NCBI GenBank assembly: GCA_034003325.1
Contig: JAVEYW010000005.1
Coordinates: 86,689 to 150,688, forward strand
Direction: 5' to 3'
Length of the DNA: 64,000 bases
Source of the DNA: Desulfobacterales bacterium
GTDB lineage: Bacteria; Desulfobacterota; Desulfobacteria; Desulfobacterales; JAFDDL01
Shown here piece by piece: positions 1 to 7,898 of this stretch. Position numbers and translations under genes: made by a program. Every line of letters starts with the position of its first letter. Within the stretch, counting starts at the first letter, position 1. The notes under the pieces were generated by a model that worked only from the letters and a program-made list of their open reading frames with translations, was not told where the DNA came from and ran no database searches.

Positions 1-1
1 A

Positions 2-112
2 GGCGCCACGATCAGCGGGGATATGCACAACCCGATAAAGTTTGAAGAATTCTGGACTTTTGCCAAGCCGGTCGGCGGTTCACGTTGGAAACTGGAGGGG
101 ATTGAACACTAA
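2..112 (+). CDS. 3' end of a CDS that starts upstream of the window (…GGSRWKLEGIEH*); product not identifiable
   Basis: The frame is open from the window edge to TAA at 110-112. It is convergent with the next gene, with a 4-nt gap. Confidence 0.3.
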   Translation, partial: GATISGDMHNPIKFEEFWTFAKPVGGSRWKLEGIEH

Positions 113-116
113 GAAT

Positions 117-1502
117 CTATCCTTTCTTGTGACGGGAGCGGCCGTCCTGCTCCGGTAGCGCAAGACCGATTTTTTTTATCCTGCGAAATAGCGTGGTTTT
201 GTGAATGCCGAGCGCTCGCGCCGCCGCCTGCCGGTTGAACCCGTTTCGTTCGAGTGCGGCGCGGATGGCTTGCGCATCGAGAATGTCGTGGGCGGATCGC
301 ATATCGGTATTCGCGCTTTTTGCTGTGCCGTGGGCTGTCAACTCCCCAGGCAAGTGCGTGATGCCGATCTGCCCATTGCCGCAGAGAATGAAAGCGCGCT
401 CGATGGCGTTTTCCAGCTCGCGAATATTTCCCGGCCAATCATGGGCCATGAGAAGGGATAGGGCTTCCGCGGCAATTCCCTGAACGGATTTTTGTTGCAA
501 CTGGTTGAACCGCGAGATGAACTGGTCCACCAGGAGGGGGATATCCTCTTTGCGCCGGCGTAACGGGGGAAGTTCGACGCGCACCACGTTGACACGGTAG
601 TAGAGATCTTCCCGGAAAAGCCCCTGGCGCATCTGCTCGGCCAGGTCTTTGTTGGTGGCCACGATCACCCGAACGTCAGCGGTCTCGGAACGGGTCGCTC
701 CCAACGGCTCGTATATCCGCTCCTGCAACACGCGCAGGAGCCTGACTTGGAGCGCCGGGCTGACCTCGGCGATTTCATCGAGAAAGAGGGTTCCGCCCTT
801 GGCCAGCGCAAAGCGGCCCGGTTTGTCCTTGGTTGCGCCGGTAAAGGCGCCGGCTTTGTAGCCGAATAACTCCGACTCCAGCAGCGTGTCGGGTAAGGCG
901 CCGCAGTTTACCGCGATAAAGGGATTCTGATTGCGAGGGCTGAGCGAGTGAATGGTTTGCGCCACCAATTCCTTTCCGGTGCCGGTTTCCCCGAGAATGA
1001 GAACCGTGCTGGGGCTGGCGGAGATGGCGGGAAGAACCTCAAACAAGCGTTGCATCAGGGGGCTTCGGCTGCTCAGATTACCAACCTTGAATTTGCCCGC
1101 CAATTCCTGGCGCAATGCCTCGAGTTCCGATAGATCGCGGAAAGTCTCCGCCCCGCCGATCACGCGGCCCTCGCCGTCCCGCAGTACTGCGGTGGAGATG
1201 CTGATGGGAATGCGGTTTCCGTCGGCGTCGATGATGTATCCGGATTGGCCGATGATGGGCTCCCCCGTCCTCAAGGTTTGCTGAAGCGGGCAAGCGGCGC
1301 CGCACATGCTGGAACGAAATACATCCGCGCAACGTCGATTAATGGCTTCCTTGCGCGACACCCCCGTAATTTCTTCGGCGGCCCGGTTGAAAGATGTGAC
1401 ACGCCATTGCAGATTCACCGTAAAAACGCCGTCCGAGATGCTCTCCAGAATGACTTCCGTCGGTGTTCGAATTATTTTCGTTGCACTCTTGCTGCGGCGC
1501 AT
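117..1502 (-). CDS. sigma-54-dependent transcriptional activator (PAS sensor, AAA+, Fis-type HTH)
   Basis: Walker A GETGTGKE, sigma-54 contact loop GAFTGA, and C-terminal HTH (ARALGIHKTTLFRRIKK). N-terminal PAS-like segment (ESISDGVFTV…). The ORF extends to 1550, but the ATG at 1502 has AGGAG 9 nt upstream. Confidence 0.9.
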   Translation of the reverse strand: MRRSKSATKIIRTPTEVILESISDGVFTVNLQWRVTSFNRAAEEITGVSRKEAINRRCADVFRSSMCGAACPLQQTLRTGEPIIGQSGYIIDADGNRIPISISTAVLRDGEGRVIGGAETFRDLSELEALRQELAGKFKVGNLSSRSPLMQRLFEVLPAISASPSTVLILGETGTGKELVAQTIHSLSPRNQNPFIAVNCGALPDTLLESELFGYKAGAFTGATKDKPGRFALAKGGTLFLDEIAEVSPALQVRLLRVLQERIYEPLGATRSETADVRVIVATNKDLAEQMRQGLFREDLYYRVNVVRVELPPLRRRKEDIPLLVDQFISRFNQLQQKSVQGIAAEALSLLMAHDWPGNIRELENAIERAFILCGNGQIGITHLPGELTAHGTAKSANTDMRSAHDILDAQAIRAALERNGFNRQAAARALGIHKTTLFRRIKKIGLALPEQDGRSRHKKG

Positions 1503-1624
1503 TTCGTTGCACTCCTGAAAAGTCTTTTCCGGTCGCTTCCAACCAACCATCAGGACCTATTATGCAACGCGAATGCAATAATGCAAGCATAAAGCAACAT
1601 CATCGATTCGAGTGAAAACCCATA

Positions 1625-2599
1625 TTATCGGGTCGCTTTCCGGTCATTTGAGAATTTCCTCAGATAGAAGATGTGGTCGTGGTACCTTATTTCCAATAGA
1701 TCCCCTCGGGTTACCAGCCGATCAACCACCTGCCACGAACATTCAGCCCGGGACAAAAGCTCGCCGACAGCCTCTTTTCGCATCGGGTGAACAGCGGTTA
1801 TGCTCAGAAGGTCTTTTTCAATATCGCCGGTAAAGGCAAAGGCGTTGCCTTCATAACCGATCAGGTATTCCACCCGGTTAACCTTGCCGGAAAGAAGTTG
1901 ATATGCCCGGTTCAGGGTTTCTTCATTTGGGACACGCGCCCATTTCTCCGCCGGGGGACGGGTCGGAATACTCAGATAGGCCGCAACCGGCTGCAACTGA
2001 TAAAGAAAATCGGCTACTTCCTTCATGCGGTCCTCGTTGTCGTTGACTCCTCCGAGGAGCATCGTTTCCGTTACCAGTCGGCCGGTGAAAGACTTGGCGA
2101 AGGCGCGTACTCCCTCCAGAATCAGGGACAGCCGCAACATGCTATGAGGCCGATTGATGCGTCGCCAGATGGCTTCTTGAACCGTATCCATTTTTAGTGA
2201 CACCCAATCGGCCATGCATAGTTCTTCTCTTACGTCATCGCGCCATAAAAGCGAACTGTTGGTGATGACACCGACAGGAACCCCCAACGTCTTTAAGCGC
2301 TCGATTTCCTTACCCAGGTTCACGTCCAGGGTGGGTTCGCCATCCGGGACGAAGGTAAGGAAATCGACGTGTTCCGAAACGGCACTTGCTGTAGCCAGTT
2401 TACGCTGAACTTCTCGAAAAATGTCTTCAGGCTCATAGAAGGAGCAGCGATCGTGTTCCAATCGCGTGGTTCGTCCCACTTGGCAGTAGATGCAGGAATA
2501 GGAGCAGACCTTAGCCGGAATGTTATTAATTCCGAGGCTTTTCCCCAAGCGCCGTGATGGAACGGGCCCATAAGCGAAATGGATACTGCTTTCGGTCAT
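1625..2599 (-). CDS. radical SAM protein
   Basis: CSYSCIYC (CxxxCxxC) near the N-terminus, AAGGAG RBS, 324 aa. Confidence 0.85.
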   Translation of the reverse strand: MTESSIHFAYGPVPSRRLGKSLGINNIPAKVCSYSCIYCQVGRTTRLEHDRCSFYEPEDIFREVQRKLATASAVSEHVDFLTFVPDGEPTLDVNLGKEIERLKTLGVPVGVITNSSLLWRDDVREELCMADWVSLKMDTVQEAIWRRINRPHSMLRLSLILEGVRAFAKSFTGRLVTETMLLGGVNDNEDRMKEVADFLYQLQPVAAYLSIPTRPPAEKWARVPNEETLNRAYQLLSGKVNRVEYLIGYEGNAFAFTGDIEKDLLSITAVHPMRKEAVGELLSRAECSWQVVDRLVTRGDLLEIRYHDHIFYLRKFSNDRKATR

Positions 2600-2616
2600 G
2601 ATTCTCCTTTGCCTGA

Positions 2617-2985
2617 TTATTCCGCTTCGGCTTCGTTTAGGATTCGGCTCAAACGCTTCTTGATATCATCCAGTTCCGACTGCAACGCCTCGGCTTGCTG
2701 CTTAAGTGCATGCTTTTCCAGTGTGGGATCGTTTTGCTGATACGGCATGGCAGATCCGCCATATCGCATCCAGCCTGGTTGGCCGGTGGCATAGAACATA
2801 TTTCGCCACCCCCTGCGGCCGCCTCCACGCGCCGCGAATCCCGGGCCTCGCCCAATGCCTATACCAACATCTCGTCCCGGCGCAAAATTTGAATATCCGG
2901 GTGTACCAAACCCAGCGCAGAATCCGGCTGCGCGTCCGGTCATGGATCCCATTCCCCTGGGACCTGTTCCATCGCCTCCTGGCAT
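2617..2985 (-). CDS. DUF5320-like small protein (Gly/Arg-rich centre, C-terminal coiled coil)
   Basis: MPGGDGTGPRGMGSMTGR… N-terminus, RGG-type repeats, and C-terminal LKQQAEALQSELDDIKKRL. AGGAGG RBS. Confidence 0.7.
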   Translation of the reverse strand: MPGGDGTGPRGMGSMTGRAAGFCAGFGTPGYSNFAPGRDVGIGIGRGPGFAARGGGRRGWRNMFYATGQPGWMRYGGSAMPYQQNDPTLEKHALKQQAEALQSELDDIKKRLSRILNEAEAE

Positions 2986-3010
2986 TGTCGCATCCTCCTA
3001 TATTAAAGGT

Positions 3011-3535
3011 TCATTGTGATTGCCTTGTCATGGTGCTGCCGCACTTCGGGCATTTGCACGCGATACAAGGCACGCCGCGTTTATGCGGCTCTCTTTGTCC
3101 GCATTGCGGGCAAACGCAGTAACCGATAGGGCCGGCCGCCGGCGAGAGGGTCATGCGGCCGAGTTTTTGGTTGCCTTGACGTCTCCGGCTGCGGCAACCC
3201 GGCATGGCGAAGGTGGTTTGCGCCAAATTGTCATGAAGCCAAGCCTGAATGACCTCGCTCAGATCGCCGGCCACGAAGGGAACCACCTTGATTCCGTAAG
3301 CAAGAATCAACTCGTGCATCGGTCTTGAGATCGCACCACATACCAAGGTGGTGATGCCCAGCGCCACCAGCGTAAGCGTTTTTTGCACCGGCAGATCTTC
3401 CGGTAGCGTTGCCTGTGTCTCAGCAACAATCCGCCCCGCTTCGCTTTCAACAAGATGAAGCTGCCTTGCCGTGTCAAAAACAGGCGCGATTCGATTTTCC
3501 CAGTATGGGAAGGCTGTTTTCATCGTTAGCGTCAT
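3011..3535 (-). CDS. NifB-C/NifX/NafY-like cofactor-binding domain protein with a C-terminal zinc ribbon
   Basis: Nitro_FeMo-Co-like core (APVFDTARQLHLVE…LVCGAISRPMHELILAYGIKVVPFVAGD). Tail CVCPQCG…CKCPKCG. The start overlaps the upstream stop (ATGA). Confidence 0.65.
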   Translation of the reverse strand: MTLTMKTAFPYWENRIAPVFDTARQLHLVESEAGRIVAETQATLPEDLPVQKTLTLVALGITTLVCGAISRPMHELILAYGIKVVPFVAGDLSEVIQAWLHDNLAQTTFAMPGCRSRRRQGNQKLGRMTLSPAAGPIGYCVCPQCGQREPHKRGVPCIACKCPKCGSTMTRQSQ

Positions 3536-3954
3536 GAAATCATATAATGGCGTAATGCTTCTTGAACCGCCGCCGCGGCAAGATCCGCACAGTGCCGTTC
3601 CGATGGCGGCAACCGTCCGATCTCCTGAAGCACGGTTTCACCGGTAATGTCCGCCAAAGCGTCCGGCTCCTTGCCTAAGGTGAGTTCCGCTGCAAAGGAA
3701 CCGCAGATAGCGCTCGATGCGCAACCATCCGTAAAATAGGACGCTTCTGTTACGCGATTGCTTTCGAATTTGAGGTAGATTTCCATGCTGTCGCCGCATG
3801 TTCCCGTCACACGGGCATGAGCGTCGGCATTTTCCATTCTTCCCTGATAGCGGGGATTGCGCCAACGCTGAAACCCCTTTTCGCCATAGGCCTCTTTCGC
3901 CTCGTCAAAGATCTGCGCTTGCAGGTTGTTTACAAAATCGTCGAGGTTTCCCAT
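3532..3954 (-). CDS. IscU/NifU-N-type Fe-S cluster scaffold protein
   Basis: Three scaffold cysteines in context: GTCGDSMEIYL, TDGCASSAICGS, ERHCADLAAAA. Confidence 0.8.
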   Translation of the reverse strand: MGNLDDFVNNLQAQIFDEAKEAYGEKGFQRWRNPRYQGRMENADAHARVTGTCGDSMEIYLKFESNRVTEASYFTDGCASSAICGSFAAELTLGKEPDALADITGETVLQEIGRLPPSERHCADLAAAAVQEALRHYMIS

Positions 3955-3971
3955 GCATCGTCCTTCTTCGC

Positions 3972-4598
3972 TTATTCAAGGCTTTTGATTTTGGCTTGAA
4001 TGGCTTCCATCTGCCGCTGCAATTCTTCCGCCTGTTGTTTAAGCGTCGCCAGCGCATCTTCGCGCGGTGCAACCGGTGGGATGGGGCCACCCGAACCCGG
4101 AAAGGCGACGCCTGAGCCAACCCCCCTACCCCTGCCGCCCCCCATACCACGGCCTCCGCCCATCCCCATGCCGCGGCCGGATCCGCCACGGCAGCGGCCT
4201 ATTCCCATGGGGGAAGCCGCTCCGGCTCCAACGGCAGAGACGCCGGCTTTTTCAGGCACGGTGGGTTGCGTTGACGATTTAAGATTGCCGGTTCTAAGGC
4301 GATTAATGGCTTCTTCGACAGTCCCGGTTTGTCCGGTATAGACGGTAACGCCTGCTGCTGAAAATGCCGTCATCGCATTCGGGCCGCAATTTCCCGTCAG
4401 AATTGCCTTTACGTCTTTTGAAACCACAAAAGCGGCTGCCTGAATGCCAGCGCCGCCGCCAAGGGTTTTGTTTTCATTGTCATAGGCATCAAAGCGCATG
4501 TCGTCGGTTTCCACGATGATGAAACAGGCGCATCGGCCAAAGCGAGGATCAATGGGTGAATCCAGGGTTTTTCCTGTAGAACTGACCGCTACCTTCAT
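3972..4598 (-). CDS. NifX-like cofactor-binding domain fused to a DUF5320-like Gly/Arg-rich coiled-coil tail
   Basis: N-terminus MKVAVSSTGKTLDSPIDPRFGRCACFIIVE…ILTGNCGPNAMTAFSAAGVTVY. Tail GRGMGMGGGRGMGGGRGRG…LKQQAEELQRQMEAIQAKIKSLE. AAGGAG RBS. Confidence 0.65.
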   Translation of the reverse strand: MKVAVSSTGKTLDSPIDPRFGRCACFIIVETDDMRFDAYDNENKTLGGGAGIQAAAFVVSKDVKAILTGNCGPNAMTAFSAAGVTVYTGQTGTVEEAINRLRTGNLKSSTQPTVPEKAGVSAVGAGAASPMGIGRCRGGSGRGMGMGGGRGMGGGRGRGVGSGVAFPGSGGPIPPVAPREDALATLKQQAEELQRQMEAIQAKIKSLE

Positions 4599-4642
4599 TA
4601 TAAGACTCCTTTAAGATGGTTGTATCGTTTTAACCTTTGAAG

Positions 4643-4659
4643 AAGCAGGAGCCGTGCCA
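4643..4659 (-). promoter_or_regulatory. sigma-54 (-24/-12) promoter candidate for the 4598-to-117 operon
   Basis: The reverse complement reads TGGCACGGCTCCTGCTT. GG and GC have the canonical spacing (consensus TGGCAC-N5-TTGCW). It lies about 45 nt upstream of the ATG at 4598, and a cognate-type activator is encoded at the operon end. Confidence 0.6.
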
Positions 4660-5747
4660 AACGCGACAGACTGTCCGTAATAAATGATAACGATTAGGAA
4701 TATAAACAAAAAAATATAATAGGCGGCGGAAGGCGTGAGGGCTAAAAGTAGCTAAAGCGCAACTGTGAGTCCTTTTTAATGGGTGCTGAAACGCTACTGT
4801 AGTTTTTTTGATGGTATGAGATTCGTCGGATTCCGGGTGCAGCCCTTTGGGTTGTCGACGCGTTGCTTCTGGGGCTGCAAGGTCTTACGCAAAAATGAAT
4901 GCAACTGCAAAGATACTGCAAATCGCCCGGCTTGCGAAAAATCATGCAGCACCTTAAACGAAGGCTCAAGGCCCGGCGATCGCGGTTCTATCCGTGTTTC
5001 CATGCCGGGTAACCATAAATTCACTTGCCGCTTTTTTATTGTTTTGCTAATAATTCAAAAAGGCGTTTATCGGGCCCTGAACCCATAAATCCCATGAACC
5101 ATGGCGCCTGAATGAAATAGCCCATAACCGAAAACGAACCCGAAAAGGAGTACGTTTCATAACAGCCTTTATCGGCGGTGTAACTGTTTAATCTCGTATC
5201 CTCCATCTGTGATTTTCTTCACTGCTTCAAACGGAAAATGTGTGGTGCCGGTAACCAAACCGGGCGATATCACTCAGGCCCGGCAAAACCTAAAGACAAA
5301 GCAAGCAATGTTGTAACCCCATTGACGAAACCTGTCCATGGGGCGCTCAAAACCATATCATCAGAAATTAGCGAACCGGTTTTTTTTCAGTATCGGGTAT
5401 CAAAAAGCATCCATCGCCAATCCGGTAAAGGCGCCGTTCGGCCGGGAGCAGCGATTTAGCGCATGCCTTGACGCAGGGCGGACTTGGCTGCGTTATAAGC
5501 TTATTCGCGGTGCCATGTTCCACTTAAAGGCGATACGGGCGCTTGTGCGATAAACCAAAGCCTGCCGTATACGATTGGACAGGCATTGATGAACCCGAAG
5601 CCGTGAAACATTATGAAACCATATGCGGATACCTGAAAGGGGGTGAGATCGATCGAAGGGTAATGATAACGCTCGGGACAGGTTTTTATAGCATGGTTTG
5701 GGGGGAGAAATTTTTTCAGCAACATCATCACATGGGAGGGACATGCC

Positions 5748-6008
5748 GTGGAGCAAAACGATTTGAAGGGCTACTGGCGTCAAAATTTAAAATATGTCTC
5801 AATTCTTTTGGCGATATGGTTTTGTGTATCGTATTTGTTCGGAATCATCCTGGCCGATGCGCTCGATCACATTAAAATTGTGGGCTTCCCTTTGGGGTTC
5901 TGGTTTGCGAACCAGGGCTCGGAGGTCATTTTCGTCATTTTGATTGCCGTATATGTCAAGCTCATGAACGCATTGGATATCAAATATGACGTTCATGAAA
6001 AAAATTGA
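5748..6008 (+). CDS. DUF4212 small subunit of a Na+/solute symporter
   Basis: GTG start with GGGAGGG 7 nt upstream. Two TM helices. The YWRQNL…GFPLGFWFANQGS pattern matches the small-subunit family that precedes VC_2705-type symporters. Confidence 0.8.
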   Translation: MEQNDLKGYWRQNLKYVSILLAIWFCVSYLFGIILADALDHIKIVGFPLGFWFANQGSEVIFVILIAVYVKLMNALDIKYDVHEKN

Positions 6009-6062
6009 ATTCGAGGATGGCGCTTATTGATCTGACGGATATTCAAAAGGGAGGAACATCGT

Positions 6063-7817
6063 ATGGGCATTTTAGCATGGACTTGGATTATCGTCGCGAT
6101 TTCTTTTGCTCTCTACATCGGGATCGCGTTTTGGGCAAAAGCAAAGACGACTGGAGATTTTTATGTTGCGGCAAAACAAGTGCATCCCGTGTTAAATGGG
6201 ATGGCAACCGGTGCCGACTGGATGTCGGCAGCTTCCTTTATTTCCATGGCAGGCCTGATATCGTTCATCGGCAGGGATGGGGCCATGTATCTGATGGGGT
6301 GGACCGGCGGGTATGTGCTGTTGGCCATGTTGCTGGCGCCGTATCTTCGTAAATACGGTAAATACACGGTGCCGATGTTCGTGGGGGAGCGATATTATTC
6401 AGACACGGCCCGCATTGTCGCCGTCATCTGCGCCATTTTCGTTTCCTTTACCTATGTAGCGGGTCAGATGCGCGGTGTCGGTGTTGTCTTCGCCCGATTC
6501 CTGGAGGTGCCGATCAACACGGGTGTTCTGATCGGCATGGGCATCGTCTTTATTTATGCGGTGATGGGCGGCATGAAAGGAATTACCTATACGCAGGTGG
6601 CGCAGTACTGCGTGCTGATTTTTGCTTATCTGATTCCCGCGATATTTATCTCGATCATGCTTACCGGCAACCCGATTCCGCAACTGGGCTACGGGAGTGC
6701 GCTCAGTGAAAACGGCATGCGATTGCTGAACACGGACAGCGGATATCTGCTTGAAAAGCTCAATCAGGTTCAGATGGATCTCGGCTTTTCCGCCTATACA
6801 GCGCGCGGTGCCAAAAGCATGATCGATGTCTTTATGATCACCTTTGCGCTCATGGTGGGAACCGCCGGGCTTCCGCATATTATCATTCGGTTTTTCACTA
6901 CCCCAACCATCAAGGGCGCCCGGGCATCCGCCGGATGGGCATTGCTCTTTATCGCCATTTTATACACGACGGCACCGGCAGTGGCCGCTTTTGCGCGGCT
7001 CAACATGATCAAGACCTTGCATAACGCGGAATATGTTAACGCGCCGAGCTGGTTTAAGAACTGGGAAAAAACCGGTCTGATCAGTTGGGCCGATAAAAAC
7101 AGCGACGGCAAAATACAATATGCCAAAGGGGCGGCCTTTACGGGCGGCAAGCCGAGCAAAACAAAAGACAATCCGGACGCCACCAACACCAATGAACTTT
7201 ATGTGGACAACGATATCATGGTGCTGGCGAACCCTGAAATCGCAAAACTGCCGGCGTGGGTCATCGCACTGGTGGCGGCCGGCGGACTAGCGGCCGCGCT
7301 TTCCACTGCGGCTGGACTGCTGCTCGTTATCGCTTCGGCATTTTCTCATGATCTGTTGAAAAATGTTACCGCAAAGAACCTGACCGAAAGGCAGGAACTG
7401 CTGGCCGCCCGAATCGCAGCGGGGTTTGCCGTGGTCGTGGCCGGCTATTTCGGCATCAACCCGCCCGGATTTGTCGCGCAGGTGGTCGCGTTTGCCTTCG
7501 GTTTGGCGGCCTCATCTTTCTTCCCGGTTATTCTGCTCGGGATTTTCTGGAAGCGCGCCACCAAGGAAGGGGCGATTTTCGGCATGCTTTCGGGGTTGGC
7601 TTTTACAGCGGCCTATATCATTTACTTCAAGTTTGTAAACCCGGCCGCCAATGTATCGGCCAACTGGCTGTGGGGCATTTCGCCGGAGGGCATCGGCACG
7701 ATCGGCATGCTGATCAATTTTATTGTCATAATCGGGGTGTCCAATGTGACCAAAGCCCCGCCGAAAAAGGTTCAGGACATGGTCGAAAGCCTTCGCTACC
7801 CGCGGGTAATCGCTTAA
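6063..7817 (+). CDS. sodium:solute symporter (SSS family, VC_2705/ActP-like subfamily)
   Basis: 584 aa and polytopic. SSS motifs (GADWMSAASFISMAG, GTAGLPHIIIRFFT). It immediately follows the DUF4212 gene. GGGAGGA RBS. Confidence 0.9.
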   Translation: MGILAWTWIIVAISFALYIGIAFWAKAKTTGDFYVAAKQVHPVLNGMATGADWMSAASFISMAGLISFIGRDGAMYLMGWTGGYVLLAMLLAPYLRKYGKYTVPMFVGERYYSDTARIVAVICAIFVSFTYVAGQMRGVGVVFARFLEVPINTGVLIGMGIVFIYAVMGGMKGITYTQVAQYCVLIFAYLIPAIFISIMLTGNPIPQLGYGSALSENGMRLLNTDSGYLLEKLNQVQMDLGFSAYTARGAKSMIDVFMITFALMVGTAGLPHIIIRFFTTPTIKGARASAGWALLFIAILYTTAPAVAAFARLNMIKTLHNAEYVNAPSWFKNWEKTGLISWADKNSDGKIQYAKGAAFTGGKPSKTKDNPDATNTNELYVDNDIMVLANPEIAKLPAWVIALVAAGGLAAALSTAAGLLLVIASAFSHDLLKNVTAKNLTERQELLAARIAAGFAVVVAGYFGINPPGFVAQVVAFAFGLAASSFFPVILLGIFWKRATKEGAIFGMLSGLAFTAAYIIYFKFVNPAANVSANWLWGISPEGIGTIGMLINFIVIIGVSNVTKAPPKKVQDMVESLRYPRVIA

Positions 7818-7898
7818 CCGACTTCCCTTAAACAAGAGGCATCCCGGAAAGGGGTGTCTCTTGTCCTCCTTTTGACTGAATTACATGGATGAAACGCT

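Noticed and set aside
1625-4598. Calling this region a nitrogen-fixation (nif) cluster because of the NifX-like, NifU-like and radical-SAM genes.
   Set aside because: The window has no nifH/D/K/E/N. The radical-SAM protein is short (324 aa) and lacks a fused NifX domain of the kind NifB has. The domain similarities indicate cofactor handling in general, not nitrogenase.
5038-5206. A 56-codon - strand ORF (MEDTRLNSYTADKGCYETYSFSGSFSVMGYFIQAPWFMGFMGSGPDKRLFELLAKQ) in the long non-coding gap.
   Set aside because: It has no Shine-Dalgarno sequence, no recognisable motif and no adjacent partner gene. It cannot be told apart from a chance ORF without expression or conservation data.
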